A DNA stretch of 64,000 nucleotides, from the NCBI GenBank assembly GCA_002753335.1, contig PEAD01000005.1, forward strand, positions 62,001-126,000, given 5' to 3'. Positions 1 through 8,991 of this stretch are shown piece after piece; the stretch's first letter is position 1; each line of letters opens with the position of its first letter. A program made the position numbers and the translations under genes. Origin of the DNA: Nitrospirae bacterium MYbin3 (GTDB taxonomy: Bacteria > Nitrospirota > Thermodesulfovibrionia > Thermodesulfovibrionales > Dissulfurispiraceae). The notes beneath the pieces were generated by a model that worked only from the letters and a program-made list of their open reading frames with translations, ran no database searches and was not told the origin of the DNA.

Positions 1-265
1 CTTCAAGCGGAGCCTTTAGAATGCTTAATGCCTCATCAACATTCCGGACATTGTTATGCCTGACAGGAACATAAAAGGCTTTACCCTTTTCCCTGCAAAG
101 AGCTATGCCCACTACTGAATCGCTGAGAGGATTGCTGCCGGTTGATTCTATATCAAAGGCAAGTTCGGACAGGCTTATGGAATGCGAGTGGCTCTTCTTT
201 TTTGCAGGTCTGCCATTTTCTTCTTTCTGCTCCGGCTCGTCCGCAAAAAGTGAATACTGCTTCAG
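1..265 (-). CDS. polA: DNA polymerase I, 5' part starting at the 3'-5' exonuclease domain (partial, runs off window)
   Basis: Manual translation: LKQYSLFADEPE...LAFDIESTGSNPLSDSVVGIALCREKGKAFYVPVRH, the Pol I ExoI-region pattern. Putative CTG start at 265 with GGAG upstream and an in-frame TAA just before. Not in the ORF track. Confidence 0.75.
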   Translation of the reverse strand, partial: MKQYSLFADEPEQKEENGRPAKKKSHSHSISLSELAFDIESTGSNPLSDSVVGIALCREKGKAFYVPVRHNNVRNVDEALSILKAPLE

Positions 266-271
266 TGTTTT

Positions 272-910
272 TTACTCCACACCGCTCTTTTTAATAAACT
301 TGTTGTAATAAGCCCTGCAGGACTTCATATCCTTCTTGCTGCAAGGCACGATAAGGTCTCTTTCTTCTTTTCCGTAGGCCTTATACGCTTGTGTTTCCCT
401 TTTGGATATTTTTTTTACAACAGGCTCGGCTGCCACCGCAGGCTTTTCATTTTTTGCAGCAGCAATTCCCTTGCAAAGTACGCTATGGAGCGCATCTTCG
501 GCGGTAAATGACGAAATATTAGTCCAGGGGTTATTAAGGAGAGGAGCCCTTACACGCTCACCTTCCAGAACCGTAATCTGCAGAAAACTGTACTGCCTTT
601 CGGAGCAATTAATGCTCGTTAACGCCTCCAGCTTAACTTTTTTCTGCTCCATTTTCTGAATCCATACCGAAACAAAGCCGTCTGCTGGCTTAATCACACT
701 GTTGCTATCATAAGAACATGCAAGCGCATCTTTGGAAAAATAATGCTTCCAGCTCTGATCGAAAAATTTATCGTTTTCGGCCGCGCGCTGCGCTTCTTCC
801 TGCATACCCTCTGCGGTTGAAGTTTTAGACTCCTCGGCCTGAACCGGCACAGCAATTAAAATTATGGCAAAAAACAGAAAGAACGCTGTTTTAATTTCTC
901 GATATATCAT
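272..910 (-). CDS. Secreted protein with a surface-adhesin-E-like domain
   Basis: Signal peptide; W..Y..YD.NS....VSVW...INC....W..I......L...LC pattern shared with 8052-8510 and 46898-47263. Confidence 0.55.
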   Translation of the reverse strand: MIYREIKTAFFLFFAIILIAVPVQAEESKTSTAEGMQEEAQRAAENDKFFDQSWKHYFSKDALACSYDSNSVIKPADGFVSVWIQKMEQKKVKLEALTSINCSERQYSFLQITVLEGERVRAPLLNNPWTNISSFTAEDALHSVLCKGIAAAKNEKPAVAAEPVVKKISKRETQAYKAYGKEERDLIVPCSKKDMKSCRAYYNKFIKKSGVE

Positions 911-975
911 AAGTCTCTATCCTCCGCCGATTAAAATGAATATTTAATATTACAACTGGCTGATGATGGTGTCAA

Positions 976-1015
976 TAAAACAAATTGATAAAACAAATTG
1001 AGTAAAACAAATTGA
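976..1015. repeat. Three tandem 13-bp direct repeats TAAAACAAATTGA in a divergent intergenic region
   Basis: Copies at 976-988, 989-1001 and 1003-1015. Confidence 0.9.
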
Positions 1016-1088
1016 GTATCCTTATCAGGATGTAGTTTTACGTATTTAAAGAGAAATCGTTTCTGCTAAAATTAAAGCCTAAACTATT

Positions 1089-2717
1089 ATGAGCACAAAG
1101 CTGTTTGATAAAATAGACCGGCTTCTCTCCAGAGAAACAGGCACGATATATAAAGACCCCGGCGGCAAGGTGTCTGTCTGTCTTGTGTATCCGAACACAT
1201 ACCGTATAGGAATGTCCAACCTTGGATTTCAGGGCATATACGGATTGCTGAACAGCCGCAGCGATGTTGTGTGCGAAAGGGCTTTTTTGCCTGACGATGA
1301 TGATATTCATATATATCGAAGATCCGGTACAAAAATATTCTCATTCGAATCAAAACGAAGGTTGACGGACTTCGATATCATCGCGTTTTCGCTTTCTTTC
1401 GAAAATGATTACCCTAACATAGCCAAAATACTTGATCTTGCAGGTATTCCGCTTTTGGCCTCTGATAGGAGCGGCCGTTATCCGTTGCTGATATCCGGAG
1501 GAGTGTGCTGTTTCTTTAATCCCGAACCTGTGGCCGAAATCTTCGATATAATTTTTATTGGCGAAGCTGAAGGGTCTTTAAGCGAGTTTATGGATTCGGT
1601 AAGAGTCAGCGATGATATCAAGGCGTCTGCAGCCACTATTGATGGAGTATATGTACCATCTTTTTATTCTTTGGAATACAATCAGGACGGGACTATCGAT
1701 AAGAGAGTTTCTTTGAACAATGCTCCGGAGAAGATTAAAGTCACGCATGTTCGAGATTTTAGTCACCGGATGACGGTAACAACGCCTGATTCAGAATTTT
1801 CTGGCATGTGCTTGATAGAGGTTATGCGCGGATGTCCTTGGAACTGCAGGTTCTGTCTTGTGGGGCACATTTACAACCCACCTAGAAAAAAAGATTTCGG
1901 AGCATTGCAAGCGGAAATAGAATCGTGCGGCGAAAAGAAGTCGGTCGGACTTATCGGTCCGTCATTGTCCGACTATCCTGCCATAAAAGAAGCCCTAATT
2001 ATTCCGGGCGTAAATTTTTCGATAACATCTTTGAGGGCTGGAGAGTCGAGCGGTGAGCTTGTTTCTCTTTTGAAGGGCAACAGGAGTGTTTCAATAGCTC
2101 CTGAAGCAGGAACAGAGCGCATGAGAAAGGTTGTGAATAAAAAAGTTACCGAAAATGACATTTTATCCACAGCAGAAGTGATAGCTGCTGCAGGCATAGA
2201 AACTCTTAGGCTTTATTTTATGGTCGGGCTGCCTTCAGAAACAGAAGATGACATCGAAGGCATTATAAATCTTGTTAAAAAGATAAGGGGCTGTTCTGCT
2301 CCGGGAAATATAGTATTGAGTGTAAGCTCCTTTGTACCTAAGCCGTTTACGCCGTTTCAGTGGCACCAAATGGAAGACATCGGCACAGTTAAATCTAAGA
2401 TAAGCCGCATAAAAAAATCTCTCATCAACGTCAAAGGCGTTAAAGTTTTTAATGATGTGCCAAAGCAGGCACGGATGCAGGGGCTTTTCTCAAGAGGAGA
2501 CAGGCGGCTTGTTCGTGTGATACAGGCAATGGCAAAAACTGATGATTATGCTGCCGTGTGCAAGTCTGCCGTGATTGATATTGATTCTTATGTCCTAAGA
2601 CGAAGATCTTTTGAAGAGCAGCTTCCGTGGGATTTTATAGAAGCTGGCACCGATAAAAAACGGCTTTGGCAAGAATACCAAGCAGCTTTATCACTAAAAC
2701 CGGAGGTCATAGCTTGA
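1089..2717 (+). CDS. Radical SAM protein with B12-binding-like N-terminus (TIGR03960-like)
   Basis: RGCPWNCRFC (CxxxCxxC); YPNTY..GMSNLGFQ; APEAGTERMR; YFMVGLP; FVPKPFTPFQW. Confidence 0.85.
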   Translation: MSTKLFDKIDRLLSRETGTIYKDPGGKVSVCLVYPNTYRIGMSNLGFQGIYGLLNSRSDVVCERAFLPDDDDIHIYRRSGTKIFSFESKRRLTDFDIIAFSLSFENDYPNIAKILDLAGIPLLASDRSGRYPLLISGGVCCFFNPEPVAEIFDIIFIGEAEGSLSEFMDSVRVSDDIKASAATIDGVYVPSFYSLEYNQDGTIDKRVSLNNAPEKIKVTHVRDFSHRMTVTTPDSEFSGMCLIEVMRGCPWNCRFCLVGHIYNPPRKKDFGALQAEIESCGEKKSVGLIGPSLSDYPAIKEALIIPGVNFSITSLRAGESSGELVSLLKGNRSVSIAPEAGTERMRKVVNKKVTENDILSTAEVIAAAGIETLRLYFMVGLPSETEDDIEGIINLVKKIRGCSAPGNIVLSVSSFVPKPFTPFQWHQMEDIGTVKSKISRIKKSLINVKGVKVFNDVPKQARMQGLFSRGDRRLVRVIQAMAKTDDYAAVCKSAVIDIDSYVLRRRSFEEQLPWDFIEAGTDKKRLWQEYQAALSLKPEVIA

Positions 2718-3565
2718 AGAAAGAAAAGTTGTCGATTGAGCACAAAGAACTTCTTTATGAAAAGATGCGGTCAATAGACACTCAGCTTTCGGAGTACAGC
2801 TTTGCCAATCTTTATCTTTTCAGAAAGGCGCATGACTACGAGCTGCTTTTTGGAGAGGAGCTTTTTATCCGCGGAAAAACTTATGATGGTCATACATATC
2901 TGATGCCCACGGTCTCATTAGATATGATTGATTCTGGTTACCTGAGAACTATTATGGAACAGGCCGATTTTCTCTTTCCGATTCCTGAAGAATGGCTAAA
3001 GATATTCGATGGAAAAGATTTTTCGATGAGCTCAAAGCCCGGAGATATGGATTATGTTTACACCGTTGCCAAAATGTCTTCGTATCCAGGCAGAAACCTG
3101 CATAAAAAAAGAAACCTTTTTAAACAGTTCATATCAGGTTATTCTCATGATGCAAGGCCTCTGACAAAAGATTTCTTAGATGATGCGATGTTTGTTCTTG
3201 ATGAATGGCATACCGAATCAGGCATTGATGCTGAAGATACAGACTACTACCCTTGCCTTGAAGCGTTAAAGCTTTATGAAGAGCTTATCCTGTGCGGAGG
3301 CATTTATTATGCTGACAGCGAACCGGCCGGTTTTATTTTAGGAGAAGAGCTGAACGAAGAGACGTTTGTTCTGCATTTTGCGAAGGCGCGCAAAAAATTC
3401 AAGGGCATATACCAGTACATGTACAACCAGTTTGCAAAAATACTGCCCCCAAAATACCGTTATCTGAACTTTGAGCAGGACTTGGACAAGGCGCCGCTCA
3501 GAATAGCTAAATCATCATATCTGCCTGATGCTATGTTAAAAAAGGTGCGGGTTCGTTTGAAGTGA
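2714..3565 (+). CDS. DUF2156 / phosphatidylglycerol-lysyltransferase-like GNAT domain protein
   Basis: SEYSFANLYLF, DYVY...GRNLHKKRN, HFAKA..KGIYQ, NFEQDL...LR.AKSSY.P. Start reassigned to TTG 2714 (GGAGG SD, TTGA overlap with the upstream stop). Confidence 0.8.
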   Translation: MKKEKLSIEHKELLYEKMRSIDTQLSEYSFANLYLFRKAHDYELLFGEELFIRGKTYDGHTYLMPTVSLDMIDSGYLRTIMEQADFLFPIPEEWLKIFDGKDFSMSSKPGDMDYVYTVAKMSSYPGRNLHKKRNLFKQFISGYSHDARPLTKDFLDDAMFVLDEWHTESGIDAEDTDYYPCLEALKLYEELILCGGIYYADSEPAGFILGEELNEETFVLHFAKARKKFKGIYQYMYNQFAKILPPKYRYLNFEQDLDKAPLRIAKSSYLPDAMLKKVRVRLK

Positions 3566-5736
3566 TAAGATTTATTTCCGCAACTCTTTTTATTTCAGTC
3601 TTAGTTTATTTTGCCTTTTTCGCTGATATTTCCTGTGCGAGCATTAAGACCATCCATCACAATCTAAAGGTGGGCCTTAATCCTGCTGAAAACAGAATTG
3701 AGGTTAAAGATACAATAACGCTTCCGAAATCAGCAGACAGCGAAATTATTTTTAATCTTCATGCAGGGCTTTCTCCTGTCTTGATTGGGGAAGGATCTAA
3801 GCTGGAGTTCATAGAATCAAAATCCGGCGCTGTGCCTATTGAATCTTTCAAGATTAAACTTTTATCAGAAACAAAAACCTTCACGCTTAAATACGGAGGT
3901 AAGATTAATCACCCTCTCGCCATACATGGAAAAGAACAGGCACGGGGGGATATGAGGACGCCAGGAATTATATCGAAGGATGGAGTGTATCTTTCGGGCA
4001 ATTCAGCATGGTATCCGAATTTTGAAGGAGATTTGTCATCAGAACTCGTAAGCTTCGACCTAAGTGTGGACTTGCCCGAAGGCTGGAGTGCGGTGAGTCA
4101 GGGGAAGCTCAAGCGTAAAGATGGCGAGCTTATGCAGTGGGAGTCCAAAGAGCCTCAGGACGAGATATTACTGGTAGCCAACAGGTTCACAGAGTATGTA
4201 AAACAGCATGAGAAAGTTGCTGCAATGGCTTTTCTTATTACACCGGACAAGGAGCTTGCTGATAAATATCTCGATGCGACTATTAGTTATATCGGCATGT
4301 ACGAAAAGCTTATAGGCGCATATTCCTATGCCAAGTTCGCGCTTGTTGAAAATTTCTGGGAGACGGGCTACGGCATGCCGTCGTTCACTTTGCTCGGCCC
4401 GAAGATAATCCGTTTTCCATTCATAATAAACTCTTCGTATCCGCATGAGATACTTCACAACTGGTTGGGAAACAGTGTATTCCCAGACTTCTCAAAGGGC
4501 AACTGGACAGAGGGTCTTACAGCTTACCTTTCGGATTATCTGATAAAAGAACAGCAGGGCGGCGGAGCAGAACATCGTCATACCACACTACAGAAGTACG
4601 CAGATTATGTTTTGGCCGGGAGAGATTTCCCGATTGCCGAGTTCAGATCGCGCCATAGTTCTCCGTCTGAGGCTGTGGGTTACGGCAAGTCATCCATGCT
4701 GTTTCATATGCTGCGCATGGATATAGGAGATAAAGCCTTTACTGCCGGGCTTCAGGATTTTTACAAGACCAACAAATTCAGATTTGCGTCTTTTGAGAAT
4801 ATTAGAAAAAGCTTTGAGAAGGCTTCGGGCAAAGACCTTGCTAAATTTTTTGATCAATGGCTGAGACTCTCAGGCGCTCCGGAGTTAAGGATAGAGAATC
4901 ATTCTGTATCAAACGATGGCGATGGATTCTTGTTAAAAGCGGCTATAAGACAGATACAGTCGGGTGATGCTTATTATCTTAGCATTCCGGTTGCGGTAAC
5001 GCTCGAAGACATACAAAACGCTTTTCAGACAAAATGGGAAATGAACGACAACTATGCGGAATTTACTATAAGACTGCCTGCGCGTCCGTTGAGGCTCGAT
5101 GTTGACCCTGAATTTGATATGTTCCGCAGACTGAACAGAGAAGAGATACCTGCTGCTTTTTCACATGCTTTGGGCGCAAAGAAAATGCTTGCGCTGCTTC
5201 CGTCAAAGGCCGAAAAAACCTTGCTTCAGGCCTATCGCCGGTTTGCAGAAATGCTTGCAACCTCAGGGCCTGATAAGGTTATTGTGAAATTAGATAGCGA
5301 GATACAAAGCCTGCCTGCCGACAGTTCGATAGCGATTTTGGGATGGGAAAATCTTTTTGCTGATAAGATGCTTCGGGCATTGCCCGAAGCCGGATCGGCT
5401 ATTGAAAGAAAGAATGTCCGTTTCGATAAAACGGTTGTATCGCTTAATAATCATTCGATAGCTTTTACGCTTAAGAATTCTGAAAATAAAGATATGGCGG
5501 TTATGTTTATTGCCTCTGACAGCGCAGAAGCATTGCCCGCTGTTGCGAGAAAACTGCCCCACTATCACAAATACAGCTACCTTGTTTTTGAAGGCAAAGA
5601 AGCGATAAATAAGGCGAAAGGACGCTGGCCGGTTACAGAATCGCCGATGACCGTATTTTTCAAAAACAGCAGCAGTAGGTTATCAAAAGTTGATCGAGGC
5701 AGGCTAACGGAGCGCAAACCGCTTGTTGAGCCTTAA
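3562..5736 (+). CDS. Secreted M1-family zinc aminopeptidase
   Basis: GYGMP, HEILH...WTEG (HExxH-x18-E), YGK motif; N-terminal signal. Confidence 0.85.
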   Translation: MIRFISATLFISVLVYFAFFADISCASIKTIHHNLKVGLNPAENRIEVKDTITLPKSADSEIIFNLHAGLSPVLIGEGSKLEFIESKSGAVPIESFKIKLLSETKTFTLKYGGKINHPLAIHGKEQARGDMRTPGIISKDGVYLSGNSAWYPNFEGDLSSELVSFDLSVDLPEGWSAVSQGKLKRKDGELMQWESKEPQDEILLVANRFTEYVKQHEKVAAMAFLITPDKELADKYLDATISYIGMYEKLIGAYSYAKFALVENFWETGYGMPSFTLLGPKIIRFPFIINSSYPHEILHNWLGNSVFPDFSKGNWTEGLTAYLSDYLIKEQQGGGAEHRHTTLQKYADYVLAGRDFPIAEFRSRHSSPSEAVGYGKSSMLFHMLRMDIGDKAFTAGLQDFYKTNKFRFASFENIRKSFEKASGKDLAKFFDQWLRLSGAPELRIENHSVSNDGDGFLLKAAIRQIQSGDAYYLSIPVAVTLEDIQNAFQTKWEMNDNYAEFTIRLPARPLRLDVDPEFDMFRRLNREEIPAAFSHALGAKKMLALLPSKAEKTLLQAYRRFAEMLATSGPDKVIVKLDSEIQSLPADSSIAILGWENLFADKMLRALPEAGSAIERKNVRFDKTVVSLNNHSIAFTLKNSENKDMAVMFIASDSAEALPAVARKLPHYHKYSYLVFEGKEAINKAKGRWPVTESPMTVFFKNSSSRLSKVDRGRLTERKPLVEP

Positions 5737-5743
5737 AGCCCAA

Positions 5744-5905
5744 CTATCGCTTCTCTACCTTCTCTTTGCAGGGCAGATTTTTATGCACCAGCTTTTTTTT
5801 GAGCTTGCAGTAAAGGGCCACGAAAGTCCGGCAGCTTCTTGATCCGTCAACAGCATCGTCCTTAGGAAACCTGGCATATTTACAATCAAGGTCGCAGAAA
5901 TTCAT
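5744..5905 (-). CDS. Small Cys-rich hypothetical protein (53 aa)
   Basis: MNFCDLDCKYARFPKDDAVDGSRSCRTFVALYCKLKKKLVHKNLPCKEKVEKR fills the gap between flanking genes; 5 Cys. Confidence 0.6.
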   Translation of the reverse strand: MNFCDLDCKYARFPKDDAVDGSRSCRTFVALYCKLKKKLVHKNLPCKEKVEKR

Positions 5906-5956
5906 AGTTATTTTTATAATACAACATGTCTTAAAATCAATCTTGATGGAGAACAA

Positions 5957-6535
5957 ATGAAAAGAATAGCCAATTTTCTTTTTGAAGCAGGGATGCTCAA
6001 GCGCACTCCGCGCACAGGTTTTCAATTCTTGGGGTCGGGATCGGAGTCTGTTGCAGAGCATATATTCAGAACGGTTTATATAGGCTATGCACTTGGAAAT
6101 ATGGCTCAGGATGCGGACACAGGGAAAATTATCAAGATGTGTCTGTTCCATGACCTGCCCGAGGCGAGGACAGGAGACCTTAACTACGTCAACAAAAAGT
6201 ATGTGAAGACTGATGAAGAAAAAGCTGTGAATGACCTTGCGGAAGGTTTGCCATTCGGCGGTGACATAAAAGAATTGATTGGCGAGTTTATGAAGGCGGA
6301 AAGTATCGAGGCCCAGTTGGCGCATGATGCTGACCAGCTTGAGCTTATCCTTTGCCTTAAAGAGTATAAAGACTTGGGAAATAAATATGCTGATGAGTGG
6401 CTTTCATTTTCGCTTAAGCGCCTGAAGACCGATATTGCGCGCAGTCTAGCTGAAAAAATACTCGAAACCGATTCATCGCTCTGGTGGTTCGAGGACAAGT
6501 CCGACTGGTGGATCCACGGCAGGGACAAGGAGTAA
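5957..6535 (+). CDS. HD-domain phosphohydrolase (YfbR/HDDC2-like)
   Basis: LKRTPRTG, ESVAEH, HDLPEARTGD, DADQLE. Confidence 0.85.
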   Translation: MKRIANFLFEAGMLKRTPRTGFQFLGSGSESVAEHIFRTVYIGYALGNMAQDADTGKIIKMCLFHDLPEARTGDLNYVNKKYVKTDEEKAVNDLAEGLPFGGDIKELIGEFMKAESIEAQLAHDADQLELILCLKEYKDLGNKYADEWLSFSLKRLKTDIARSLAEKILETDSSLWWFEDKSDWWIHGRDKE

Positions 6536-6780
6536 TGGTCAATCTGACTTTTTATTATAAAAGCGGCTGCTGGCTTTGTGACATGGCTGAGGATATGCTG
6601 AACGGCCTTATCGAGAAATGTGACATCAAAGTGAACAAGGTAGATATCACTTCAAGCGACGAACTCTACCAGCTTTACCGCTTCGATATTCCTGTTTTCG
6701 AGTTCAAAGACGGTTCAGTTCTCCACGGCAGAATAAGAAAGAAAGAACTGCTTAAAAAGATCGAAGCTAACAAAGAGTAG
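6535..6780 (+). CDS. Glutaredoxin-like protein (DUF836-like)
   Basis: GCWLCD, VDI, Y..DIPV; ATG 6535 overlaps the HD gene stop (TAATG). Confidence 0.8.
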   Translation: MVNLTFYYKSGCWLCDMAEDMLNGLIEKCDIKVNKVDITSSDELYQLYRFDIPVFEFKDGSVLHGRIRKKELLKKIEANKE

Positions 6781-6787
6781 CCTTTTC

Positions 6788-7999
6788 TCAGACCTCCCGG
6801 CTTATACTCTCTGCAACCGTATCAATAAACTCTTCGGTTAATGCATATCTGGAAACAGAAGGTTTTGCTATAAGCATCAGGTCTTTAGTCATGACACCAT
6901 TTTCAACTGTTTTTATCACCGCATCCTCAACTGTTTTTGCGAACTTTACTACAACCGGAGTATTGTCGAGCTCGCCTCTTTTTGCGATGGCGCCGGTCCA
7001 TGCGAAAATAGAAGCTATAGAGTTGGTTGATGTGGGATTGCCCTTGAGATGTTCGTAATAATGTCTTACGACCGTCCCGTGGGCAGCCTCGAATTCATAT
7101 TTGCCGTTCGGAGAAACGAGTACAGAGGTCATCAGGCCCAAGCTGCCAAAGCCGCTCGCCACCATGTCAGACATAACATCGCCGTCATAGTTCATGCAGG
7201 CCCAGAGCATTCCTCCGTCAGATTTCATAAGCTGAGCAACAGCATCATCTATCAGCATGAAACGGTACTGAATTCCTGAAGCCTTAAATTCGTCTTCGAC
7301 CTTTTTTATCTCTTCGGCAAAGACATCCCTGAAAAATCCGTGGTACTGTTTAGATATAGTATCTTTTGCACCGAACCACAAATCGATCTTTTCGCTCAAT
7401 GCATAATTTATGCATGACTTCGCAAAGCTTCTTATCGATTTTTCGGTATTGTGCATTCCCATGACAACGCCCGGATTTTTCAGGTCATATATCTTGAGCA
7501 CTGTCTTAGCGCTGCCATCAGCAGGCGTAAAAACTATCTCTGCTGTGCCGGGCTTATCAATAATACATTCGACGTTTTTATATATGTCGCCGTAAGCATG
7601 TCGGCCTATAATTATAGGTTTTCTCCACATCTTTACCGCGGGCGGTATGTTTTTAATAATTATCGGCTTTCTAAAGACTGTGCCGTCGAGTATAGATCTA
7701 ATAGTCCCATTCGGGCTTTTCCATTGCTGCTTAAGACCGTACTCTTTCACGCGGGCTGCATTAGGAGTGATTGTAGCGCATTTAACTCCTACCCCATGTT
7801 CTATGATAGCGCTCGCAGCCTCGACAGTCACCATATCGTTAGTCTCATCCCTGTGCTTTATGCCAAGATCGTAATATTTGAGGTTTATGTCAAGAAAAGG
7901 CAGGATCAGTTTTTCTTTTATCATCTGCCACATGATACGCGTCATCTCGTCGCCATCCATCTCGACTATCGGGTTCTTCACTTTGATTTTATAAGGCAT
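6788..7999 (-). CDS. icd: NADP-dependent isocitrate dehydrogenase
   Basis: [41 protein letters not shown]. Confidence 0.95.
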   Translation of the reverse strand: MPYKIKVKNPIVEMDGDEMTRIMWQMIKEKLILPFLDINLKYYDLGIKHRDETNDMVTVEAASAIIEHGVGVKCATITPNAARVKEYGLKQQWKSPNGTIRSILDGTVFRKPIIIKNIPPAVKMWRKPIIIGRHAYGDIYKNVECIIDKPGTAEIVFTPADGSAKTVLKIYDLKNPGVVMGMHNTEKSIRSFAKSCINYALSEKIDLWFGAKDTISKQYHGFFRDVFAEEIKKVEDEFKASGIQYRFMLIDDAVAQLMKSDGGMLWACMNYDGDVMSDMVASGFGSLGLMTSVLVSPNGKYEFEAAHGTVVRHYYEHLKGNPTSTNSIASIFAWTGAIAKRGELDNTPVVVKFAKTVEDAVIKTVENGVMTKDLMLIAKPSVSRYALTEEFIDTVAESISREV

Positions 8000-8051
8000 A
8001 ACTCCTCCTATTCCTGAAATTCAATAAAATAATGTATCCAAACCGAAAGAC

Positions 8052-8510
8052 TTATTGCTTGTTAGGCCGGCAGACAACCGTTGTAAGGTTGTCCATTATT
8101 GTTCCTTTACCTATGGCGTCCCATGGGAAATCAGGCACCGTTACGGATTCAAGAGATTTTCCGTTCTTGTCGTAATCGGTAACAGAAACCACCCGGCTTT
8201 TCCTCTGAGAGCAGTTAATTTCGAACAGGCTTACGGAGTGTGAAAATTGTTCATAACCCTTGGTGTTTCCTCCGAAGCGTTGAAGCAGTTTTATTTTATC
8301 GTCTATTCCTATTTTACCCTTTGCAGAAGCCTTGCTCCAGATGCGGACTACTCCGTCATTTTTAAATTCTATGTTTTTGGTTGTGTAATACCAGTAGTTG
8401 GTTTCACTCTGTCCGAAGAGCCTCCAACCCTGAATATCCTCCACAGCGGAACAAATCGGAGCTAAACCTATGGTGCAAAATGCAAGCAAATATACAATAG
8501 CTTTTTTCAT
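8052..8510 (-). CDS. Secreted surface-adhesin-E-like protein
   Basis: Signal peptide; W.LFG..YY, VRIW.K, EINC, YDKNG, W..I..G...L...VC. Confidence 0.65.
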   Translation of the reverse strand: MKKAIVYLLAFCTIGLAPICSAVEDIQGWRLFGQSETNYWYYTTKNIEFKNDGVVRIWSKASAKGKIGIDDKIKLLQRFGGNTKGYEQFSHSVSLFEINCSQRKSRVVSVTDYDKNGKSLESVTVPDFPWDAIGKGTIMDNLTTVVCRPNKQ

Positions 8511-8842
8511 GTCTGGCAGCAGCCTTTGCTTTTACCTGCGATTCGCTTACAGATGAACAAGCCACCGAAAAAAAGTATCGGCGCAGCAGATGCGATAAAT
8601 ATATTTATTCTAAGCAGCTTCTTGAATTCGTCTATGAGTTTTACCGAGAGGATCATGCAGTTCGATCTTTCTGCGGGATCTTTGTACTGGCTGCAGTGCG
8701 AACTCCATTGTGTTTCGATGCTTTTAGTTTCTACGATGTAATAGTAATAAATCGCTGATGATCCGGCAATCAAAGATATCAGAAAAACAACCATCCTCAG
8801 GATATTTAAGGTGTTTCCACCGCCTGCATTAATCTCTTTCAA
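8507..8842 (-). CDS. Hypothetical two-TM membrane protein
   Basis: Two hydrophobic segments; ATGA overlap with the downstream gene; true start uncertain. Confidence 0.5.
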   Translation of the reverse strand: MKEINAGGGNTLNILRMVVFLISLIAGSSAIYYYYIVETKSIETQWSSHCSQYKDPAERSNCMILSVKLIDEFKKLLRINIFIASAAPILFFGGLFICKRIAGKSKGCCQT

Positions 8843-8991
8843 TCGGAAAATCCTCCATCGCAGCAGCCCGATTATTTATGTTATCTATCTTAGCATATCT
8901 TGGTATCCAACTATACAGGAATTTGCAAAATATAAAAAAATTCGGCTATTCTTAAAAGAAAGGAATAACCCTAATCTGATTAATAAAACTG

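Noticed and set aside
5906..6325. 193-aa ORF 5744-6325
   Set aside because: The upstream part is antisense to the HD gene; only the last 53 codons look real
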